Below, piece by piece: positions 12,669 to 27,573 of a stretch of 64,000 nucleotides of DNA. Every line of letters begins with the position of its first letter. Position 1 is the first letter of the stretch. The translations under genes were made by a program, and so were the position numbers. This stretch comes from Chrysomallon squamiferum (Eukaryota; Animalia; Mollusca): assembly GCA_012295275.1 (NCBI GenBank), contig CM022673.1, positions 17,856,001 to 17,920,000 of the forward strand, given 5' to 3'. The notes beneath the pieces are model-generated. The model did not search any database and was not told the origin of the DNA. It saw only the letters and a program-made list of their open reading frames with translations.

Positions 12669-14469
12669 AGAAGATAGGATACGTCTGTAGAAAAATATGA
12701 ATGGACTTTACTATCTAAGCAGCAATGATTTAAGCTTACTCACCACCAAACAACAACAACAACAATGAAAAACCCAAAAACTAAACAAAAAACAAACAAA
12801 CGATAACAAAAGATATTAGTCACTGCTTGAATGGGAAATATTAAAGAATTTAATTAGGTTAGATTAGATCTTTGAGCCATTGTGAAAAAGTTACCACACA
12901 ATCTACACATCTTTGTCTTCTCTATACTTGTGTCTTTGTTCTTGTTTATTAGCCTGCATGCATGTTGTGAATCTGGAAATGTAACTGTCTGTTAACTTAC
13001 CATTTGTCACTAACTGTTTTCATTTAACCTAGAAAACCTTTACTAAGATCATTTTCACTGCTAACACCCAAACTAATCGTCAGATTTTTATAATTTCATT
13101 AATTTGTTATTCTTACACTCGGTTGGACGGGTAAAGGCTAGAAAATTACAAAAGCCATCAGACTATGATGTGAAAATAACATTAATTTTATCAAAGATTC
13201 CAGTCCTCGAAAAAGAAAAAATCCGACTAGGATTTTACAGGATTAATTCTAACATACCTTGAATGTTCATTGTGTCTATATGTGTGTGTGTGTGTGTGAG
13301 CATGAATGTTTTTGTTTCTGTATGAGTGTGTATGTGTTTTCCTGTGTGTTTCTGTGTATTGTGTGTGCATGTGTGCATATGAATGTCTATATATGTCTCT
13401 ATCATAGGTGTGTGTTTTGTGTGTGTGTGTGTGTTACTGTGTTACTGTGTGTTAGAGTGTCTGTTCTCGTGTCTGTATGTTCAGAAAGAATCACTTTAAG
13501 AACTATTAGGAACTTCACCAGCTGATGAAATTGAGAAGATTTATCTGGTGGCACACATTAAATTCCTCCTAATTCCGCTGTTGAATGAGGAAGACGCTGA
13601 CTGGAAACTGCAGCTGCAAGTAAGAAGAAGATTTGGCAAGCTGCAGGATTAGGACGCGGGCAGGATCGTACTTGCTTTCCTATAAATTAATAGGCCGTCT
13701 GCAAACTGGTCTTCCAGCACTGATAATGGGCTTTTTGTAGTCTTTGAGGAAATTTCATTGTCGACAGTGCATGGCTTACACCGTCATTAATTAATCGCAG
13801 ACTGTTTAGTGTACATGCTGAAATAGATTGAAAGTTTGGACAATTGTTACACTCGACAGCAGCGAGAATACTGGTTTCTTTTTTCTTTTGTCTCTCTCAT
13901 GATGGATGGATACCTTTCATGATAAAAGAAAATATTGTAGACAAAAATTACATTAATTTAAGTTTAATTTTATTCTTTTTATTTTTTTTTTCTCTCTGAT
14001 AACATTTCTAATTTTGATATGTGTTGGTTAATTTGCATTATCTTCTATTTGCTACAGAATGATTATGTGATGAGGTTTTAGAAATACAGTGTGTTTGTAG
14101 CAGTTAAAATATTACATAATAATTAAAATACACTAAATACTTTTATTAAAGAAATAATATCCAGAATATTATTACATCAAATCTGGTTGTAGGTCACTGG
14201 TTAGAGAATTAATCTGAGGAAATATGTACAGGATCATTTCTCCATAACACATCCATATCGACTTTTTCCCATTCTAATGGGACTCGAACGACTGATCATC
14301 AAAGTTTCTGTTATGTCTTTCCTTCAGTAGAATCTAAGTTTTCTGATTAAAATATCAGCTTTTAATTCTTGTTTTAGTTTTGAATACAATAATATGGGAT
14401 AGAATGAGATCAAAATTTAAAACAAACATTTAAAATAAAACAAATTATACATTTTTTTTTATTAACAGG

Positions 14470-14507
<38 letters not shown>

Positions 14508-15024
14508 CAATTAAATTAAAACAAAACAAAACAAATTTAAATTCAATTAAATTAAAACAAAATAAAACAAATGATACATAAATATATACACATAAAATAA
14601 CAGAATAAAAGATTTTAAAAAATCAAACTTGTATAGACTTTAACTATGTAGGATTAAGTCCTGCTAGCTGCACAAAGATTGCTACTTGCCTTGGTCACAT
14701 TGTGAAACAGAAACATGGATTTCTGAAATGAAACTAGATTTAATTAATATTGCAGTGAAATTGTACAGGATTGTTCTCTGAGAAAGATGAAGTTCTTTTA
14801 GCATTTATTAAAGGCTTAAAAATAAGTTTTAGTGTAGAAAGCTGATCATCTGTCCCAGATGTGACTTTAATTAATTTGATTTAAAAACAGGCAATCTGCT
14901 TACACTGCTAAATAAAAGAAACTAATTCCTCAATCATTTCTGCAGTCTCTGATAGACAACACATTAAAGTAATGTTTTGTAACAATAATACCCATAATGT
15001 CTAAAGAATAGCCATGGAACATTT

Positions 15025-15215
15025 CTGACCAATCAGAACAGTTGTTACATGAGTTATTGTCTTAGCCAAAAGTTAAAGAAATGTTAAATTAATTAAATTA
15101 CCTGACCAATCAGAAGAGTTGTTACATGAATGATTGTCTGAACCATAAGTTAAAGAAATGCTGATTAATTAACATACTTCTGTGTTCTGACCCATCTGAA
15201 TAGATGTTGTTATAT
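15025..15215. repeat. 77-nt tandem duplication (2 copies plus a partial third), the two full copies starting with a CCAAT box
   Basis: ctgaccaatcagaa..gttgttacatga..ttgtct..aagttaaagaaatg at 15025 and 15102; degenerate copy (ctgacccatctgaa) at 15187. Confidence 0.85.
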
Positions 15216-15285
15216 CATGGTGTGAAATATCCACGTTTTGTCCCTGTCACCCATTAGTAAAATGTGTTGTGTGATTTTTTTTACG

Positions 15286-15316
<31 letters not shown>

Positions 15317-18300
15317 GTTGAGTTGCATGCAAAAAAGACATCATGTGCTGTTAGGGGTGTGCAATAAAATGTAATTGGAAACCTGTAAATGACAAATAAA
15401 AGATAATTTCACATCCATTTTAACCAAATAACAAGAACAAAGACTGGCCATTATTTGAGTCTATTGTTCAAACAGATAACATAAACTTGTCAATGATTTC
15501 TTTGCCTCCTTTCACCTTACATTTGGCCTCTGGGATGTCACATTTTATAGGTTTACACAAGTCAGTTGTTTTAGATGTAGAAAAAAAATATTCTTGTTGT
15601 GAACTGCAGTTTTATTTTTATTGTTATAATTTTATAAAAAAAAATTAATTCTGAATTTGTTGTATTTGATATTTTTAAAATAATAATTGTTTTTGTATTT
15701 TATCATTTTGATCTTTTATAATAATAATAATAATAATGTGTGTGTGTAAATATATACAAGTATATCAAAAATAAATAATTAAACCAAATTTATATATTTT
15801 TATTTTGTTTTATTTTTTAAATGTTTTTCAATGTTTTTAATTGTTTTGTTTGCATTATTTTATTTTTGTTCAGGTATCACATTAGTCTGTTCGCTAACAG
15901 TAACAGTCATTTGTCAGGTGTAGCTTACAGGTGTTGTGTTACATATTACCCAATTAAACTGGAGGTAACATAAAAACATTTCCACGTCTAGAGACAAATA
16001 AATAAATAAAAACTAAAATTAAAAGTATAATATTAAACTTTAATTGGAGATATATCTCTCAGTGGCATTTTTGTGTGTTAAACATTTAAACTTATCTTTT
16101 AAAAGTTTTAATAAAATGATTGTCTTACCAGGCTGAACATTATTTATTTCACTTAGTATACAGTCATTTTTACATTTGTTAGGCTGTTATTTCTTAATTT
16201 TTAAGATACAGCTAGAAAATAACAGCACTTAAAAATATGTTCTTTTTTTACTTACTCTTTGTTGTTGTTGTTTTTGTCCTTGTTCTTCTGTTTCTTCTTC
16301 TTCTTCTTCTTATACTTTTTATTTAAAAAGAGTTTTAAATAAATAAACCGAGAAAGACAGATTAAGTTCCTTCTAAGTTAATTCAGTTTGTGTTAATGCA
16401 TCATATATTTTATGACAGATGTACAAATATGTTCACACACATACTCACACACACACACACATTTTACAGAAACACGCTATGACAGTCAAAGACTCAGACA
16501 CATACAAACACAAGCATACTTTCACACAACACACTCACACATTAATAACAACATCAGTATTGTGAAACTAGTGTTGTGTCACAAACATGTTCCTACAACT
16601 TATCCCAGTAATACTTCTTAACAGACATTATTAGAAACAGTAATCACTGATAATTATTAATTTTTTTTAAAAGGAGAAGATATTGCTGTAATAGGCTTTT
16701 GTAGAAGTAATATCATCTCATCTTGATGGAAATTTTGGTTAACACTTACAGTTTAAATCTAATCCTCAGCTAAATTACACACTGGTTCACAGTCCTATAC
16801 TTGACAACACATATATGTGTAGCATAATAATGGATAAGAGTACTTCATGGACCAATGAAATTTCTTGTTACAGTTTGACTGTTTGAAAAGCAGTGGAATG
16901 TACTGTCATATCTGTTAGGAAAATACATTGTCATAGTGTAGTGAGTTTCCTTGATTGTGTTTTTGAAAGATCTGTTGTTACTAGCAGGAAAGAGTAGCTG
17001 ATGAAGTAGTCATAGCAAGTTTTATTATCTGAGTATTTGTTAACCACATGTCTGATGTCACATAGCCATTAACAAAATATGTTGAGTTTGTTGTTAAATA
17101 ATTATTTCATTAATTATATGAAATGCTAAATATTGATGTTAAAATCAATGAGATGAAGTGTCATGAAGCAAATGTTTGTTCATTTATTTATTTATGCATC
17201 TATTTGTTTCTTCATTTATATATAAATGTATGAAATCAAATAAACATTATAATTCATTTTTACATTCACTAATTAAGTAGTAAATTTATATACATTTTTT
17301 ATACCTAATATGATCTGTACATTGTTATCAGACACTGTTATCACATAATTACCTAGTTGATATCAAAATATATTTAATACCTATTTGATATAAACATAGT
17401 TATTATATAATTATCTAGTGACAGTTAATATTAAAGTGAACTGAGGTGTTATTAAATACTCAGTTATTAAAACATTTTGTATATGAATTATCCATGTATA
17501 TTTATCATGCATCAGTAGAAAAAGTGATTATAATTAAACATGATTTATGTAAAGATAAGGATTATTATGCTTTTAGTAATGAAATAGAAAATATATATGG
17601 TAGGGAAGCAAAATTAAATCTAATCTTACACACCGATATTGTATTTAAATTCCCTTCAGCTATGTGTTGCAATATATATATATTTGTAATTGGTAATGTG
17701 ATAGTAATTTCACATTTGTATAAATATGCTCGGAAGCATTCAAATAATTTATGGAGCAGAAATGACATAAATAAAAATAAAAATAAATAATAGTTAAAAA
17801 AAAGAAAGAAAGATAAGCATTTAATGATTATGATGGTAAGTGCAGACATACTGATGCTAATATTGACAAAAATTGATCATGGTGATGATAACAGTAATAT
17901 CAGCATCGATGATGATGATGTATAATGATGAAGTAAAAAAGACATTATTATTATTGTTATTATTATTATACTGACAAATATTAATAAAAATGAAAATTTT
18001 GGTACATGATCTACAACTGTTTTCTTCTCTTTTCCCCTCAGTTTTAACTGAAAAAAAAAGAAAGAAATTAGATATTTCATGGATCTCAATTATATTTGAG
18101 TTTTTACTTTTTGTTGAGCACTAATCAGCTAATTATTGTTACTTTCAGTATATTTCACATATCTTTACAACTGTCTTTTGTCACCCAGACTGGGGTATTT
18201 CCAAATATACTGTCACAAACAGACTGACAGGAACAAATTCAGGATTGGAAGGTTTTTTTGGGGGGGAGGGGATGGAGTGGGCAACTTTGACTGCAGAATA

Positions 18301-18996
18301 TTTACTGGAATAAAAATTAGATACTGACTTTTCATGCCCAGATGTCTACACATTTTTAAATGAATTAAAATTTAGTTACATGAAAAGAAATGTAAAATTA
18401 TTATTTTTGCAAGTACAACTACTTTTAAAATAATAAATTAAATAATTAGGTTTTTACAAGGTGTATCCCATGTTCTCACCCTGCTAGACTGGTAGCTGTA
18501 ATGCTGATAATTCAGGGCTGTGAAGTTTATGATTCTTTTATGCAACCTCGGCTCTCTAGAAAATTGGAGGATTCTGTTACACAAATTTGTTTAAGTCAAA
18601 ACAGTCGTAATCTATCTTCGTGACCTTTTATTTATTTTTTCAATTATATATTATGTGTGACTTTAATTCTTAAACAGCTTTTTCTTTTCTTTAATTTTTA
18701 ATTTTTAATTTTTTTAAGTCCTTTGACTGATGGAAGATTAACATTATGTTGCTGGTTTATTTATTTATAAATTTATTTATTTATTTATTTATTTATACTT
18801 CAAATTTATAATTGTGGACACTTCAAGGAGATTTAATTTGTATATTTTAAAAATTCTTAACATCTTTTTTTTTTAATGTTTATATTTTCTAATTATATTT
18901 TCTATTTTTTCTTATAATTGTTTTGTTTCTTTGCTGATAATGAATCATAAGCAATAAATGAAAATACAATACTACTACTACTAGTACTAGTACTAG

Positions 18997-19045
<49 letters not shown>

Positions 19046-19806
19046 GCTATTATACTTTTAGTTATTTATTGATGTTTGTTGGGGTTTTTGCCAGCAGTGA
19101 ATTTACAGATAATAAAGGATGTAAATAATATTAATATTTGTATTATTACAATTAGCTACTATTATTGCTAAATTCATATTTCATGAAGATAAACAATTTT
19201 TACATATTTCTGATGTCTATTAACACTTAGTCATAAAATCATGTAAACTGACAAGTTGGAGTGTTAGTTATATGTATAAACACACACAGTGTATTGACAA
19301 ATCTTTTGTAATTGCATGACTTCTGTTTTTATATTGATAAAGTGGGGTGGCAAACTACACAACATGAGTTTAATCTGCCAGCTATTGTAACAGATGAGAG
19401 TGAAAAAAAGAGAAAAAAAAACATGAGAGAAAGGAAAAATTTGATTGCAAAAGAGGAAGCTTATTGTGTGGGCAGATTTGGTAGCTTAATTCATTTTATT
19501 GGCAGTTTGAGTGTCAACTTGAGTTGGTTTAAAAAAAAAAAAAGAAAAAAAAAAAAGAAATTGTAGTCTCTTCAATGTGGCAGGTATAGATTGGGTGAGA
19601 AATGAACGAAATTAATTCTTGTTTCACAAAGTAAATCTATATATTGTATAATGGCAACTCTGAGTGGCATCAATATTTTGTCATGGTTGTTATTGACTTA
19701 CCAGTCCAGTATAATGTTCACAGGGCCACGTTTTGGCAGTCAATTTTATTGATGCTGCAAGTCTTTTCTCTCTTTCTTCACCAATTTTCTTCCATTTTTC
19801 TTCCAG

Positions 19807-19941
19807 TCTCCCTTCAGCAGCAGACAACCAAGTTTTGGCGTCTGCTTTTTCCCAGTCTGGATTGTACCTCGCTGTCTGCGATGACCGCAAACAGCTTCAT
19901 GTGTTCGTGTCGAATCCCGAGTGGACTCTCGCCAGCACACG
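19807..19941 (+). CDS. wdr4: WDR4 exon 3
   Basis: Long pyrimidine tract + ccag|T; LPSAADNQVLASAFSQSGLYLAVCDDRKQLHVFVSNPEWTLAST(R), matching the WDR4 'LAS-FS-SG-Y-A--DD-K-L--F----W' blade; donor CG|GTAAGT; 135 nt, phase 2-2. Confidence 0.93.
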
Positions 19942-21373
19942 GTAAGTAAGAACATTTTACTCTGTGTCTGTCGTTTGGAATGACGGATTCTCAGACTCAT
20001 GGATGCTCTTTCTGTAATCTTGTGTTGTGGTGTTAACATGATTGTTAATTGTAATTGTTTTATTACTGTATTCTTCAGAGAATAAATTATTGTTACTGTT
20101 ATTTAAGGAAAACAAATATGGATGTGGATGTCTCTAAATATTTTTATTGATTTAATTAATTAAAAACATTTTTTCCTCCTGTTAATTAGCTAGTTATCCT
20201 TCAGTTGTTTTGTTGTTTTTTTGGTTGTTTTTTGACTATTTATGATTTTTTTTTTACAATTTATTAGTATTATTTATAATTGTTATTTTTCTTTAATAAA
20301 TTTTGTTGAAAAGAAATATTCATTCTGTTAACTATATTATTTTGAATTCCTAATCTCAACAGCCAGAAAAGAAACAAAACAAAGAACAGAAAAACAACAA
20401 TAACAACAACAAAACTACAATGAAAATAAATAATTAAATAAATAAAGCCAAAAAAATAATAAAAATTTATAATACATCAAAACCAAAAGTAATAGTAATA
20501 AAAAATAATAATAATAATTTTGGAAAATAAACAGGCTAAAAAACAATTTAATAATAATAATGTTTTTTTTTTTTTTTTTTTTAAATCAGCATATTAAGTA
20601 AATAATTAAAAAAAAAAATAATATAAAAAATCAAATTTCCAGAGCCCATATATTACGTTCCTGAGTAGGAGGCCGCTCCCATCTCAGTGATGTTTGTGTA
20701 GTTGACTGATGTAGTCAGTGTACACAGCTGTTGGTGCGGCTACGTTCCTGTCTGCGTCATCATCTACAGCTGTGTAAGCCGATGCGATGCTTCAATTACA
20801 AGGCTGAAGGCAGCGTGGCAATGCCGTCTTAGTCTGCGCAGTAATTAAAATGCAGATTGAAAGCGAGAAAACCAGCTTTGTGTTTGAGAGTTCGACACAG
20901 GTGCATAGTTCTCACATTGTCACACTGCTCAAGAATGTCGCATTTAACAAGAATTTAGCGGAAATTAATTAATTTAGGGATTTAATTTTTTTTCTTTTTT
21001 TTAATTTCTTTCTTTTTTTAAATTAAAGTTATCATCAATGAATTGCATCTGGGTTTTTTATTAATTTTTCTTTTTTCTTTTGTTTTTGTTTTTGTTTATT
21101 TGGTTGTTTTTTTAATTTTTTTTTTTTTTTTTTCCTTCATTATCTTAAAGTGGGAAAAAGAACAAACAATTGTTAGGTTATTGTAATTAAAAAAATGGAG
21201 AACTATATGAATTTTAAATTGACATCTATATTATTAACAAAATACTTAATAATAATTAAAACAGTACAATACAATAAAGATACTTTTATAATCTTCAATT
21301 CTTTTATTGCTTTTGCACACATACACATACACACTTTTAACAAAATTTATAATATATATATAATTACATATAT

Positions 21374-21436
<63 letters not shown>

Positions 21437-22313
21437 TATAAAAAATAATAAAAATAAAAATTTAATCTAAAAAAACAAAAAACCTCAAAACAACAATGCT
21501 GAAAAAACCCAGGAAAAAATAATTGAGAAAAATCTATCTCAGAGGTGGCTAATTTTAAATCAGTCGTGACAGATCTCAAACACAGACAACTTAAAACAGA
21601 CATGGACTCTGTTAACAAGAATCGCGGAAATTTTCGAAATTGAGCAACTTTATATCACTGCATTGTTATTTTCCATTGTGCGTAGAACCACATCTGTTAC
21701 GCATGACTTGTTTTGTTGGCCAACCTTCTTCCTACTTCCTGTCAGACTCTGCACAACTCTGCACATTATGAAAAGTGATATGAAATATTTCCGGGCTCCA
21801 TAACGCACTCCCTGCATCAACTGATAAAACTGCGATGTTTTTAATGAAGCTGTTGTAAATTCAAAATTGGTTAAGAATATTTTTATGTTTATTTTGATTC
21901 TGTTCTGTTTTTTTGTTTTTTTTCTGTTTTTTTTTCTGGTATATATATATATATATTTAATTTTATACTATTATTTATTTATTTTCATAATGTAAAATAA
22001 TTGATTATATTCAATTGTTTTATTTGTTATATTTTTAATATATGTATAAAATTAAATAATTTATTTATTTTATTTTATTTTATTTTTAGTAACAATATTT
22101 ATAATGTTTTATAGTAGACTTTTTGTAAATTAATTTTTATATATCAAACATAAAATATTTATTAATATTTTAAAATTAACTTTCTAGTCAGAAGAATTAT
22201 AAAATAATGATATAATTTTTTACATTTTTAAAATTAAATTTATTAAAAAAGAATCATTTATATTTGGGATGTTATTTATTTATTTATTTAATAATATATT
22301 TTTAATGTTTTTA

Positions 22314-22353
<40 letters not shown>

Positions 22354-22980
22354 TTGTTATAAAATAATTTAAAATATTAAGCTGATGTTTATCTTTAGTG
22401 CCAAAAATAAATAGATTATAGGAGCTACTCCAAACAAAGATAATAACCGGGTTGACAATACAGATGGAGATCTATGTTATAAATTGACAATCAGCACTAT
22501 TTATGTTTCTGATTTGAACTGTTATATTCAACATTAATAATTTCAAAATTGTTTATTTGTCCTTAGATGGGTTTTTTAAATTTTTTAATCTAGGTCAAAG
22601 AATTTAATGATCAAAGCCCAAGTGAGTTTGAAATTAGCTGTTTATGTGAGGAATTTGAAAAAGTAAATAGTCATGTTTGTAAAGCAAATTAACAACATTG
22701 GTTATGGTTCAGTTGGCATGTTAAACAGTGAAATGTTATTTGTTTTCTTATCCCAGGTATTTATACAATGCTGTTTGTCACAAGTGTTTCCTCATTTGTT
22801 GAATTATGTTTCATTCTCATCAGTCATTTAAATTTTATTTTCTTTTTTCTATTTGCTTTCTTTGTGCTTCTTTCTTTCTAATGTTTTTTTCTTTTTCTTC
22901 ATTCATTTTCTCAGTTTTGATTTATATTTCTCTTTAACTTTATTATTTCGTTTTAATACATCTTTTCTTCTTCCCCTTTT

Positions 22981-22981
<1 letters not shown>

Positions 22982-23070
<89 letters not shown>
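22982..23070. repeat. (CT)n microsatellite
   Basis: About 44 perfect CT units. Confidence 0.98.
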
Positions 23071-23073
<3 letters not shown>

Positions 23074-24892
23074 GTCTGGCAGTCCCATTTTGAAAAGAAA
23101 CATTCCCATAATTCATGTGTACATGAGCGGGCCTCATCACTAGTTATGTATTGATCCTGTCTTGTGCAATCTTGTTCTTTCCATATGACTGGTTTCCATG
23201 ATTAGCTAAGCTGCATGATACACAGATAGTGGTTTGTAGGGGAAACTTTGTGTGATCAGTCCATATTCTCTCATCTTAGCATACTCTTTTTATGACACAT
23301 GAGGAAAAAAGAAAAGAAAAAAAAATTGTAAAAAAAAGAAAATCTTTGAGGAAATTATCTTTAATTTAAATTGTTAATTTTAGATTTATAGTTTTCCTTC
23401 AGACATTTTATAAAAAATGTGTTTTTCGTTTAGTTGTACAGGTGGAAATTACAAAATAAAAATTTACATTTTAAATTATATATTCATATATTTTTTATTT
23501 TTTAAACATTTTACAGTTCATTACATTTTAAACTGTAGACTGAATTCTACAGTGAATTAATTTTTGTGTAATAAAATAATACTGACAAGCAGAATTTTTG
23601 TTATGTTTGAAATAAAACTATTTAATTCAGTTTGAAACTACAGAATGAATTATATATTTCTAGTAATAAAATGATTTCCATATCAACAAACTGAATTTTA
23701 CAGTTCATTATAAAAAAAATTATTTCTGTATTAAAAGAAATTTTCAGTTTATTACATTTTAAAAAAGAAAATTTAGAATTGATAACTGAATTTCACAATT
23801 CATTAGATTTTATCAAAATAAAATTATCTGTGTCATCTTAAAATTGTAAAACTCAATTTTATAGTTCATTTCATTTTGAAAACCATGGTTTTAGTCAAAA
23901 CAAAGCTAAGAAATTTTGAAATTATATTTGCAAGATTTAATATTTCTTTTACTTAGATCTGATATTTATTTGTCTATGACAAAGCTTTAAAATGAAAAAA
24001 AATGAAATATTCACAATTTAATAAACCAAACATACCTTTTTGTTAATGTGTTCCATTAAAAAAAAAAAAAAAAATTCAAATATAATTTCATTTAAGTTGA
24101 GTGTGTGAACAAAAAGCTGAATTAATTGTCTTTAACAAAAACACAAACGTAATCTTGTTTGATTGTGCATGGTCATTCAACCGTGACTGGAGGACACAAA
24201 ACAAGGAATTTGGTTGCTGAAGTTGCACGTGTAGATTTAAATGTCCATTCATTTCATCTGTTAACGACATAAGCTGCTAAATATGTAGAAAATCCTGTGA
24301 TACATTGTGGGTGATTACAGACTAAAGACTGGCCTGTGTTTGTGTTAGTTTTATAAATCTCTTAATAGCTGCTACAAATGTCATTTCTCAGAACATGCAG
24401 TAAATTAAAAATAAATCTTCAAATTTTTAATACAAATAACATTTATGTTGTCAGTTTTAAAACTTTCTTTGTTTTCAAGCGTATTTGCTTCTTTTTATTA
24501 AATATAGTTCTGTGTACATATACTGATATACACATGTGTTTATATATATTTGTATCAGTTTGTTTTTATGAATGTACAACTGTATGTACATACTTGTGTA
24601 CATTCATGTGTACATACATTTGTACATTCTGTTGAGCATCATCACTGACTTTGAAGAATAATGTGTCTCCTCTGTGACTTCTACCTTTGAGAGATCATAA
24701 CTGGACATTGTCCCCTACATCAGTATGTTCTATCAGACAGACAGACAATCAGACATACTTCTCCAGTTAAACAACCAAATATTAATTCCTAAATACATTT
24801 GTACATACAGACATTTACGCATACAAACTGTATATGGTAGATTTTTAAAAAATAAATAAATAATAAAATAAAATTAATATATTTCTTCTACC

Positions 24893-25186
24893 GTCTGAAT
24901 TTTACCCTGCAAGTGTTGTGGTCTGAATTTTTACCCTGCAAGTGTTGTGGTCTGAATTTTTACCCTGCAAGTGTTGTGGTCTGATTTTTACCCTGCAAGT
25001 GTTGTGGTCTGATTTTTACCTTGCAAGTGTTGTGGTCTGATTTTTACCCTGCAAGTGTTGTGGTCTGATTTTTACCCTGCAAGTGTTGTGGTCTGATTTT
25101 TACCCTGCAAGTGTTGTGGGTCTGAATTTTTACCCTGCAAGTGTTGTGGGTCTGATTTTTACCCTGCAAGTGTTGTGGTCTGATTT
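24893..25186. repeat. Minisatellite, 28-30-nt unit gtctga(a)tttttaccctgcaagtgttgtg(g), 10 copies plus a partial
   Basis: Near-identical head-to-tail units with no spacers. Confidence 0.97.
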
Positions 25187-27573
25187 CTCAGCCAACAAGA
25201 TGACAATAAACGATTGCATTAGATGTAAGATTCAACCATATATAAATTTATGATTTCATTAATTAATTCAGTGGAGAATGTGAGTGAAACATGGATTTAT
25301 TAAATTTCATTTTATTTTTATATTTGTGACCAATATTTGTGAAAAGTGGTTTTAGTGAAATACACAAGTACGATGCACTCACATAGATGTACTTTATAGA
25401 AAATTGTGAGTTTTAATTCTGAGTTGTGTGATTTCTGCACTGCCCAGCGTTCACAAATTTACATACAGTGTGAACAGTTGATCAGGGATGTCTGTACGAC
25501 TGTGTGTCTGACACAGTGATTGCACGGAGATGTAGATTACAAACTGTGTGAGACACAACAGGTACCTGCCTGCAAGGATTTAGATGGATCTCTTGTCAAG
25601 TGGAAACATTGGTGGGGAAATATGTTGTTTGTAATTTTCCTGGTCTTATTTTACTGAATGCGTCCCAGCATTTAGCTGTTTTACGTTTTTGTTAAGTTAC
25701 ATTTGGAATATCAGAATTGTAGTTTTTGTTTGATTGTTCAAAATCGTTAATATATATTTTTTGTTTTTGCTTTCTTTTATTTATGATAACATATACTGAA
25801 TTGTAATGACAGGAATTTAAAGGTAAAACATTTGTTTAATGAACCCACTAGAAGTAGAACACATTTGTACATTTTCTGTCAACAGCTACTGGACATTCAA
25901 AAAGTGGATATTTGTAATTATCTGAGAAACGTAGACCATTTGTCTACTTGACTGTCTATCTGTATATCCATGTATCTATCTAGCTTTTCTATCTATCTAT
26001 TTGTGTATTTATATATATATGTATGTATTTCTATCTATATCTATGTCAGTATGTTTATATATTTATATATATATATGTATGTATGTAGTGTAACTATCAA
26101 TATTTTATCTGTTTATCTGTGTTTTTCAGTCTTTGTTTTTACTTCTTTTTTTATTTCTCTCTAATAAGTTTGATTCTATTTAATTAAGAACTGCTTCTAT
26201 TTTTGGTCATAAAATTCTGTGAATGTCAGTCTCAGTAGGTGTTAATAAAATTATATATGATTTTATACATATATTTTTATTATTATTAATATTATTATTA
26301 TTATTATTTATTTGTTCTAGTGTGTGTGTGTGTGTTTTTGTAGTAGTTTATTAGTATATGAAAATTGTGTATTAAATATTTTGTATTACAGTTATATATA
26401 TATGTATGAAAAGTGAATGAAATAAAATAGACATTACAAACCACTCAGTGAATAATGACATGAACATGATGTAGAGAAATATTCCCACTTATAAATAAAG
26501 CTAAATGTGTTATTTTATTTTCTCCATAAACTCAAATTTGAGTTGAGCAGTTGAAAATGCAATTACTTTGAGCGGAGTTGATTACAGGGCTCCATCTGAC
26601 AAGAACCCTGCTAGAACTGAACTCTGTCTAATGCCGTGAACTCTGTGGTGTAGAGTCCAGGTCTGCCTAGCATCAACTACCGCAACATCACCACACTACA
26701 ACAGACATGACATAAACACCCCATTTGCAAAATCAACCCAATGTGGCCTAATTTCCCAATCTAAATAAAATTCAATTTCCTCTCTCTGTTGATTCTAATG
26801 ATCAATTTCCTATGCCACTTGTGTTTCTGCCTGGTGAATATCAGCAACGTGGTCTGACGGTGTTGGCGTGGACGGTGTTTTAAAAAGTAAAGTATATGCA
26901 CAGTCAGTATGTACTACAGAGTGTGTAAACACCAGAGTAGCAGGTGTGTTTGTCTTTCATACTGCTCTACAGTTCTGTACTTTGTTTTATTTCTGACAGC
27001 TAAATAAATTTATGTTTAGAAAAAAGTGATATATGGGCATGTTCTTGTATGTTTGCATGCAGCCATGCACAAGTGTCATATGGCCGTCACACATATACAC
27101 ACACACAGGTACACACGTACGCATATACATACTTGTAGATGTGGACACAAGTTGGCAAATATAGGTGCTGATATAAATATATGCTATACACATTTGGAAA
27201 TTTTCTCACATAAACTTTTTCATCAGATTCACACTTTCACATGTTAAATACACAAACTCATTTCTACAAATATACACATGCAAGCACATTCACATATCAC
27301 ATATTTATCCTAAAAAAATTTTAAATTCTACAAACACATATCTTTTCAAGGATTTTGATTAAAGAACTTAAAACTTGTATTTACTTTAAAATATTTGTAC
27401 TTTACTTTGAAATGTCTGTCATTAGCAATTTTCTGTGTTTTTCTAACATTATCAACTGTTAAGCCATTGACTGTTTCTTATGTCAAAACCATCACACACC
27501 AACGATGCATAAACACTTCCAGTTATTTTCCTTATTTCTCTCAGATATAAAGTATAGTTTATTCAACTCCCTA

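Noticed and set aside
14279-14340. Pol III B-box-like GTTCGAGTCCC on the minus strand (similar at 20890 plus strand and ~52635 minus strand)
   Set aside because: No A-box at proper spacing and no cloverleaf; at most decayed tRNA-derived SINE fragments, not supportable by eye.
19811-19823. CAGCAGCAG tandem acceptors inside WDR4 exon 3
   Set aside because: All three are out of phase with exon 2; only the 19806 acceptor keeps the frame.
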